Shown here one piece after another: positions 57,939 to 64,000 of a stretch of DNA of 64,000 nucleotides. The notes beneath the pieces were generated by a model, which made no database searches, was not told where the DNA came from, and saw nothing but the letters and a program-made list of their open reading frames with translations. How positions within the stretch are numbered: position 1 is the stretch's first letter; the number at the start of each line of letters is the position of its first letter. The DNA is from an uncultured Bacteroidales bacterium (GTDB lineage Bacteria > Bacteroidota > Bacteroidia > Bacteroidales > Paludibacteraceae), in NCBI GenBank assembly GCA_944321895.1, contig CALUNA010000011.1, positions 12,633-76,632 of the forward strand. The letters run 5' to 3'. The position numbers and the translations under genes were made by a program.

Positions 57939-60287
57939 TTATTTGTGTTTCTTGCCGTATCCATAACCGTAGCCGTATCCATAACCGTAGCCTGCTTTGG
58001 ACTTTTCTTCTGTGCCGTTCAGAACGCAGGCCATGTTGTTAAGTCGGCCGTTTGCATGAATTTCGTTGATAAAATCGGCTGTCGATTTCGGAGTATAGCC
58101 TGCTCTTGATATATAAATTGTGGCGTCGGCAAAACGGTTCAGCAGGAATGTGTCGGATACCATGCCTACTGGGGCTGAGTCGATCAGCACGTAGTCATAT
58201 TTTTCCTTTAAGGTGGCAATCATTTCATCAAGCCGCTCACTCATGATCAGTTCACCCGGATTGGGAGGAACGGGACCGGCAGGTATAACATCCAGGAAAT
58301 CGTGGATTTTGGATGGCATGATAATGTCTTGCAGGTCATAGCTTGGGTCGGCCAGGTAGGGTGTCAGATAACCTTTGTTGCTTAGATGCAGATAGTTGCT
58401 CAACATCGGGCTTCGGATATCCAGACCGATAAGTACGACTTTCTTCTTCATCAATGCAATGGATACTGCAAGGTTGATGGCAATGAACGATTTCCCTTCC
58501 TGGCTAATGGTGGAGGTGACTAACACGACAGGATGTTTTTTCCCGGCCAGAATAAAGTTGAGGTTGGTTCTCAAGAGTCTGAACAATTCCACTATCGGAG
58601 TTGTTTCGCCTTCTTTGACAACGATCTTGTCGCTTGTCTTGGTTTCACATATTTGTCCAATAACGGGAACCTTGACCAGTTTGGAGTATTCCTTGTAATC
58701 ATCAATGGTGTTATGGAAAAACTCATAGATGAATGTCAGCCCGATGGGAATACAGCATCCCAGAACGACGGCCAGAAACAGAATGACCATTTTTCTTGGG
58801 GCAACCGGATCCGGCTGCATGTATGGTTTGTCTATTATTTTGGCAGGTTGCACGGTGCTCGCAAGTGCCAGGGCATTTTCTTCGCGTTTCTGATAAAGGA
58901 ACAGGTAAAGTGTTTCCTTTATTTGTTGCTGGCGTTTTATTTCTATGTATTGTCTTTCCTGGGTGGGAACGGACTTTATGCGCATGGCAAACTGCTGGTC
59001 TTTGCCCAATATGTCGTTTTTCGATATGGTCAGCCCATCTTTCAAGCTGTTCACACTTGAGATGATGTTGTCGCGCATGACCAGCAATTGTGTTTCCAGC
59101 TGTGTTATGACAGGGTTTTGTGTATTGGTTGTACGCAATAGTTTCATACGCTCGAGCAAGGCCTCGTTGTATGTCTGAATCAGCGTGACAAGTGCGGCAT
59201 CTTCTATGCCCAGATTGGCTGGAATCAGGTTATAGCGGTTTTTTTCGTCATCAACATAATTTCTTATGTACTCAATCAGGTTCAACTGGGTCTCTACTTT
59301 TGCCAGTTGTTTTTGATAGTCGCTTGCAGTTTCCAGGAAGAGCTGTGCCTCGGCGGATATGTCTGTAAGCTGGTTGTCTTTTTTGTATTTTTCCACATGC
59401 TGTTCGACATCGGCCAGCTCTTCGGTGATAAGTTTGAGCCTCTCATCTATGAATAAGCCCGTGTTGCTGGCCATGATGTTTTTGTCGATGACTGCATCCA
59501 TGTTATAAATTTCAATCATCTTCGTGATCATGTCAATTGCCTTGCGGGGCGTAGCGGACACGGTTGATATCTGGCTGACATTGGATTCCTTTTTGACCTG
59601 TTTGGCTGACAACCTTTGCTGGTAACTGGCTATCAACGGCAACATCGGATAAGTTTTGATGTTTATTTTGTCGCCGGTTTCCATGCTGACCTGTTCGGTA
59701 ATGGAGATATTCCCTATGATGGTGGCAAAGGGTTGGCTAATGTTTTCTATGTAGTATGTCTTTTTGCTTTCATCCCCGTATTTTATCCTGATTTTGTAAT
59801 CTTTAGCGCGTTTTTGCAGCAATATGTCCGCGTTCTTGCGGAGTGTATCCGTAAACAGCGGAGGATAATTTATGAGTACGTCGGGTTTGGGATACTGCTC
59901 CTTATAGGTCAGTCCATCTTTTTTATAATACTCGGTTTGTATACCCAGTGTTTGGATGACTTGCTGCATGGTAGTCATGGAGTTGATGATATACAACTCT
60001 TCTTCGGCAAGCTTGTTCCCGCCGAGGACTCCGAATGATTCGAGCATGCCTAATTGCGAGCTGCCCAGCAGTCCGGACGAACTGTTGTTGTCGGAACGGA
60101 GCAACAGGGTGGCATTTACGGAAAATTCAGGGTTTTGCCGCAAGATGTAAAAAACAGCAAGGACAATGCAACAGGCAACCGACAGGACAAACCAGTACCA
60201 TTTGTGAAGATACTTGAAGAAAATTTCCCTTAAATCAATTGTGTCGTTATTGTTGGAGTGGCTGTTGCTCTGATTATTGTTGTTCAT
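57939..60287 (-). CDS. Wzc-like polysaccharide co-polymerase / bacterial tyrosine (BY) kinase
   Basis: 782 aa. Two TM helices flank a long coiled-coil periplasmic region (Wzz/GumC-like). The C-terminal P-loop domain has Walker A (SQEGKS), Walker A' (VVLIGLDIR) and Walker B (YVLIDSAPV). The Tyr-rich tail is AGYGYGYGYGYGKKHK. Confidence 0.9.
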   Translation of the reverse strand: MNNNNQSNSHSNNNDTIDLREIFFKYLHKWYWFVLSVACCIVLAVFYILRQNPEFSVNATLLLRSDNNSSSGLLGSSQLGMLESFGVLGGNKLAEEELYIINSMTTMQQVIQTLGIQTEYYKKDGLTYKEQYPKPDVLINYPPLFTDTLRKNADILLQKRAKDYKIRIKYGDESKKTYYIENISQPFATIIGNISITEQVSMETGDKINIKTYPMLPLIASYQQRLSAKQVKKESNVSQISTVSATPRKAIDMITKMIEIYNMDAVIDKNIMASNTGLFIDERLKLITEELADVEQHVEKYKKDNQLTDISAEAQLFLETASDYQKQLAKVETQLNLIEYIRNYVDDEKNRYNLIPANLGIEDAALVTLIQTYNEALLERMKLLRTTNTQNPVITQLETQLLVMRDNIISSVNSLKDGLTISKNDILGKDQQFAMRIKSVPTQERQYIEIKRQQQIKETLYLFLYQKREENALALASTVQPAKIIDKPYMQPDPVAPRKMVILFLAVVLGCCIPIGLTFIYEFFHNTIDDYKEYSKLVKVPVIGQICETKTSDKIVVKEGETTPIVELFRLLRTNLNFILAGKKHPVVLVTSTISQEGKSFIAINLAVSIALMKKKVVLIGLDIRSPMLSNYLHLSNKGYLTPYLADPSYDLQDIIMPSKIHDFLDVIPAGPVPPNPGELIMSERLDEMIATLKEKYDYVLIDSAPVGMVSDTFLLNRFADATIYISRAGYTPKSTADFINEIHANGRLNNMACVLNGTEEKSKAGYGYGYGYGYGYGKKHK
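57954..57989 (-). repeat. Perfect 18-bp x2 tandem repeat encoding the (GY)n tail of the BY-kinase
   Basis: GCCGTATCCATAACCGTA occurs at 57954-57971 and again at 57972-57989, followed by GCC. Confidence 0.9.
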
Positions 60288-60313
60288 CTTGATTCCAGAG
60301 TTTAAAGATTGGA

Positions 60314-61111
60314 TTATTTGTTCAGATTGATTACGGAAACAATCACAGTTGCCAGGGAACCGAGAGTGGTAATCGCTGACAGATACAGACTGATGTTTTG
60401 TGATGCTACTGCCCGTACCTGGTTCGGTTCTACATAAACAATGTCATTCTGTTGCAGATAATAATAAGGGGATGTAAATACATCTTCCGAATTCAGGTTC
60501 AAGCGTGCGAACTCAAGTTTGCCATTGTTTTCGCGTGTTATGAGAACGTTGTTTCGTTTGCCGTAGGGTGTCATGTCGCCGGCCAGACCGAGGGCATCCA
60601 GGACTGTTACCCGTTCATTGTTAATGGTATATTGTCCGGGACGGGTTACTTCGCCGATAACAGTTACCTTGTAGTTCAGAAATTTGATGGTCACAATTGC
60701 ATCTTTCAGGAAAGGTTCCAGTTCCTTTTTCAGTGCGGCAACTGCTTCTGATTTGGTGTATCCTGCAATTTTGAACGTTCCGATAACGGGAAAATCTATG
60801 TTTCCATCCACATCAACCAAATATGATTGCAAGGAGGGTGTGGCATATATCTGGTCGCTGCCGGGACTGGAATATGAAATAACCGGCATGTTGAATGGCG
60901 CAACTGCAGTCGGGTCCAGGCCGGTAACAGTGATGACCAACATGTCTCCGGCAACAATTCTTGCCTCATGAGCCGTCTGGAACTGGTTGTTGATACTTTC
61001 TGCACTCTCTGCTGTGACGCTTCTGAAATATGCTAATTTTTTCTGGGTTGTACAGGCACTCGCCAATAAACCAAACAGTAACAGAAACAGGAAACGGCTT
61101 GTTCGAAACAT
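60314..61111 (-). CDS. Wza-like polysaccharide export outer-membrane lipoprotein (BexD/CtrA/VexA family)
   Basis: 265 aa with lipobox LLASAC/T, a Poly_export-like PLVGxI motif (DGNIDFPVIGTFKIAGYT), a SLBB-like domain, and a C-terminal hydrophobic helix. Confidence 0.88.
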   Translation of the reverse strand: MFRTSRFLFLLLFGLLASACTTQKKLAYFRSVTAESAESINNQFQTAHEARIVAGDMLVITVTGLDPTAVAPFNMPVISYSSPGSDQIYATPSLQSYLVDVDGNIDFPVIGTFKIAGYTKSEAVAALKKELEPFLKDAIVTIKFLNYKVTVIGEVTRPGQYTINNERVTVLDALGLAGDMTPYGKRNNVLITRENNGKLEFARLNLNSEDVFTSPYYYLQQNDIVYVEPNQVRAVASQNISLYLSAITTLGSLATVIVSVINLNK

Positions 61112-61299
61112 TTATAAAGTATTTTTTTGTGTAAATAGAATAAATGAACAGCAACAGACCACAACAGGAGTCTATGCAAAAGGACTGCAAAGGTAATGCT
61201 TTATTTTAGTCTATGCAAAATTTTTATGTAAATTTGCTGCCGGATTTTGCTCGCATCATATTATTTCCGTTACTTTGAAGCCGAAAAACCATATGAAAA

Positions 61300-62667
61300 A
61301 TGTATATGATACAGGACTATTTGAACAGACACGAACAGGAAATTCTGGATGATTTGTTTTCTTTATTGAGAATCCCGAGCATCAGTTCGGATGCAGGACA
61401 TCGTGAAGACATGCAACGTTGTGCGGAACGTTGGGAATCATTGTTGTGTAAAACAGGGGCTGATACGGTGCAAATAATACCCACGGCGGGAAATCCGGTT
61501 GTGTATGCATGTAAAACAGTCGGTCAGGACTTGCCTACAGTCATGGTGTACGGTCATTATGATGTCATGCCGCCCGAACCATTGGAATTGTGGAAAACGG
61601 AACCTTTTGAACCGGTCATAAAAGATGGTCATGTTTGGGGACGTGGTGCGGATGATGACAAGGGGCAGTCGTTCATGCATTATGTAGCATTTAAATATTT
61701 GTGCGAATCGGATTCTTTGCCATGCAATGTGAAATTCCTGCTGGAAGGTGAGGAGGAAATCAGTTCGCCGAGTTTGGAACAGTTTTGTGCAGATCATCGT
61801 GATTTGCTTGCCTGCGATTATGTCCTTGTGTCAGATACGAGTATGTTGTCGGCCGAAACGCCGAGCATAACAACCGGTTTGCGCGGCCTGGCATACTGGC
61901 AGTTGGAAGTGACGTCGGCACGTCGTGATTTGCATTCCGGCATTTTCGGTGGAGCGGTTGCCAATCCGATTAACGAGTTGTGCAAACTGATTGCCCGCAT
62001 GCAGGACGATGCTGGCCGGATTATGATTCCGCATTTTTATGATGATGTGGAAGATGTGTCGGATGAAGAAAGAATGTTGATTTCACAAATCCCTTTTGAT
62101 GAAGAACAGTATAAAGCGGATTTGGGTGTCCGGAACACGCATGGTGAAATCGGATACAGCACAATTGAACGCACGGGCATACGTCCTACATTCGATGTGT
62201 GTGGTATTTGGGGCGGTTACACCGGCGAAGGAACAAAAACCGTGTTGCCGGCAAAGGCATTTGCCAAATTATCAACTCGCCTGGTACCGCATCAGCATAG
62301 CCGGGTTATCGGTAAATTGATGGAAGACTATGTGAAACAGATTGCACCGGATTATGTACAGGTTGAATTGACTTATTTGCATGGTGCGGAGAGTTATGTC
62401 TGTCCGATTGACCTGCCTGCCTACAAGGCCGCGGAGGCTGCCTATACCAAAGTGTTCGGCAAACGTCCGTTGCCGGTGCGTCGTGGCGGCAGCATTGGCG
62501 TCGTGGCTGTGTTTGAAAAAGTGTTGGGTGTCAAATCCATACTTATGGGATTCGGTTTGGAATCGGATGCCATTCATTCGCCCAATGAGAATTTCCCGCT
62601 TTCCATGTTCCGTAAAGGGATAGAAACCATAACGGAATTTTATAACCAATTGAAAAATTATCTGTAA
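61300..62667 (+). CDS. M20-family metallopeptidase (dipeptidase-like)
   Basis: 455 aa with LLRIPSISS, GHYDVMP, RGADDDKGQ and LEGEEEISS metal/catalytic blocks. An alternative start is Met3 (61306). Confidence 0.88.
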   Translation: MYMIQDYLNRHEQEILDDLFSLLRIPSISSDAGHREDMQRCAERWESLLCKTGADTVQIIPTAGNPVVYACKTVGQDLPTVMVYGHYDVMPPEPLELWKTEPFEPVIKDGHVWGRGADDDKGQSFMHYVAFKYLCESDSLPCNVKFLLEGEEEISSPSLEQFCADHRDLLACDYVLVSDTSMLSAETPSITTGLRGLAYWQLEVTSARRDLHSGIFGGAVANPINELCKLIARMQDDAGRIMIPHFYDDVEDVSDEERMLISQIPFDEEQYKADLGVRNTHGEIGYSTIERTGIRPTFDVCGIWGGYTGEGTKTVLPAKAFAKLSTRLVPHQHSRVIGKLMEDYVKQIAPDYVQVELTYLHGAESYVCPIDLPAYKAAEAAYTKVFGKRPLPVRRGGSIGVVAVFEKVLGVKSILMGFGLESDAIHSPNENFPLSMFRKGIETITEFYNQLKNYL

Positions 62668-62668
62668 T

Positions 62669-63421
62669 TCAATCGGTTGCAAATATTTCTTTCGGGTATC
62701 TGACTTCGGTCAGGAATAGTCCGGATGCAGGTGCCGATGTGCCGGCCCTGCATCTGTCTTTGGCCTCTATAATGTGGCAGAAGTCATCGACAGACAATTT
62801 TCCCCGCCCCACATCCAACAGCGTCCCGACGATGGCGCGGACCATGTTCCGCAGAAAACGGTCGGCTTCGATGGTGAAAATCCAGAGCCCGCCGCGTTGC
62901 GACCAATGTGCGGTGCGGATGGTGCAATTGTTGGTTTTTACGTCCGTATGCAACTTGCTGAAACTTGTGAAATCGGTGTAATGCAGCAGCTTTTCGGCTG
63001 CTGCATTCATTTTGTCAAAATCGAACGGACCGGGAATATATGCTGTCGTTTCAGTCATGAACGGGTTCTTGTTGAGTGTCAACCGATATTCATACACTCT
63101 GCCAATGGCATCAAAACGGGCATGTGCCGTTGCTTTTACCTCAACTATGTGCTGAATGGCAATGTCCTGCGGTAAAAAACTGTTCAGTTTTCTGACGAGT
63201 GCAGTTGTTTCCAAATCCGGTCCGGCATCGAAATGCGCGACCATCTGGCTGGCATGCACGCCCGCATCGGTCCGTCCGGCACCGACGATGCTGATTGTTG
63301 TCCGCAGTACGGTGGAAAGTGCTTTTTCAAGCACTTCCTGTATTGTGATTCCGTTGGGTTGCGTTTGCCAGCCTTTGTATGCTGTTCCCTTGTATGCCAG
63401 ATATATGAAATAGCGTTTCAA
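62669..63421 (-). CDS. truA: tRNA pseudouridine(38-40) synthase
   Basis: 250 aa starting [20 protein letters not shown], with catalytic [11 protein letters not shown]. Confidence 0.95.
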   Translation of the reverse strand: MKRYFIYLAYKGTAYKGWQTQPNGITIQEVLEKALSTVLRTTISIVGAGRTDAGVHASQMVAHFDAGPDLETTALVRKLNSFLPQDIAIQHIVEVKATAHARFDAIGRVYEYRLTLNKNPFMTETTAYIPGPFDFDKMNAAAEKLLHYTDFTSFSKLHTDVKTNNCTIRTAHWSQRGGLWIFTIEADRFLRNMVRAIVGTLLDVGRGKLSVDDFCHIIEAKDRCRAGTSAPASGLFLTEVRYPKEIFATD

Positions 63422-63422
63422 T

Positions 63423-64000
63423 TCAGGAAAACAGTTTTTCTATTTTTTCGGCATAAAATGCTTCGATGACTTTGCGTTTGATTTTCAGCGTAGGTGAAAG
63501 AAAACCGTTGGGTTGGGTCCACTCTTCGGGTACGATTTCAAAACGTTTGATTTGTTCCCAATCGCCGAAATGTTGGTTGTATTTCTTGATTTCCGTGTGG
63601 AAACGTTTGATAACAACCGGATTATTCACCATTTCTTCGTTACTTTCAAGGGTAAGTTTGTGTTTTCTGCACCAGGATTTCAGGAAAACGAAATCGGGCG
63701 AAATCAATGCTGCAGCGAATTTTTTGTTTTCCCCGAGCACAATCATGTTTTCTATGAACGGTGACTCGCAGCATTTGGACTCGATGGCTTGCGGGTTGAT
63801 GTACTTCCCGAACGAGGTTTTGAAAATGGATTTCAGTCTTCCGGTAACTGTCAGCAGGCCTTCGGGTGAGAGGACTCCCGTGTCTCCCGTGTGCAGCCAT
63901 CCGTCTTTGTCTATGACTTGGGCGGTCAGTTCCGGGTCTTTGTAATAACCGAGCATGACATTGTGGCCGCGGCACAGGATTTCGTTTTTTTCGCCTATTT
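63423..64000 (-). CDS. Long-chain-fatty-acid--CoA ligase (AMP-forming), C-terminal part; gene continues past the right edge
   Basis: The reading frame stays open upstream of the track Met (..[24 protein letters not shown]..). The GWLHTGDTG and FKTSFGKYI motifs of ANL adenylating enzymes are present. Confidence 0.85.
   Translation of the reverse strand, partial: IGEKNEILCRGHNVMLGYYKDPELTAQVIDKDGWLHTGDTGVLSPEGLLTVTGRLKSIFKTSFGKYINPQAIESKCCESPFIENMIVLGENKKFAAALISPDFVFLKSWCRKHKLTLESNEEMVNNPVVIKRFHTEIKKYNQHFGDWEQIKRFEIVPEEWTQPNGFLSPTLKIKRKVIEAFYAEKIEKLFS

Noticed and set aside
57662-57982. 106-aa minus-strand ORF between the Wzc gene and metK
   Set aside because: It overlaps the Wzc stop region, the promoter-like element and the structured metK leader. 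Its composition is arbitrary, and a non-coding leader is the better explanation.

Overview
This 64-kb window reads as a chromosomal, mostly housekeeping stretch of a Bacteroidales (Bacteroidota) genome. Supporting signs are TAnnTTTG-type -7 boxes, a TPR/histidine-kinase/receiver/AraC hybrid regulator, a V-type ATPase operon carrying a DUF2764 gene, a 58-aa histone-H1-like gene, and lipoproteins with acidic post-Cys patches. Almost all genes lie on the minus strand.

From left to right the window contains:
- a DUF1625-like fragment and a secreted beta-helix protein
- a hybrid two-component regulator
- a TetR gene followed by a split acyl-CoA-dehydratase-activase-like pair
- recF and a GHL10-type hydrolase
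- a 7-gene V-type ATPase operon (E, DUF2764, A, B, D, I, K)
- an aminotransferase, a ProX-like protein and a histone-like gene
- thrS, trxA and glnS
- a GT3 glycogen synthase, lpxB and surE
- a stand-alone MetH-type homocysteine-binding domain
- an AsmA-like giant protein, a signal-peptide flavodoxin and an RluA-family synthase
- an FAD protein, then ilvB and ilvD separated by a GT2/GtrA/ArnT-like cassette
- pyrC-like, a polyprenol-P-mannose synthase-like GT2 and an MBL hydrolase
- a 1,240-aa modular lipoprotein with a beta-barrel
- metK, a Wza/Wzc pair, an M20 peptidase, truA and an acyl-CoA ligase fragment

I found no tRNA, rRNA, CRISPR array, transposase, integrase, phage gene or recognisable defence system.

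The best candidate for something undescribed is the two-gene surface module at 51174-55823: a repeat lipoprotein plus a dedicated outer-membrane barrel. The other findings are lower priority and are listed individually below. All functional calls come from reading the translated ORFs by eye. No database search was run.
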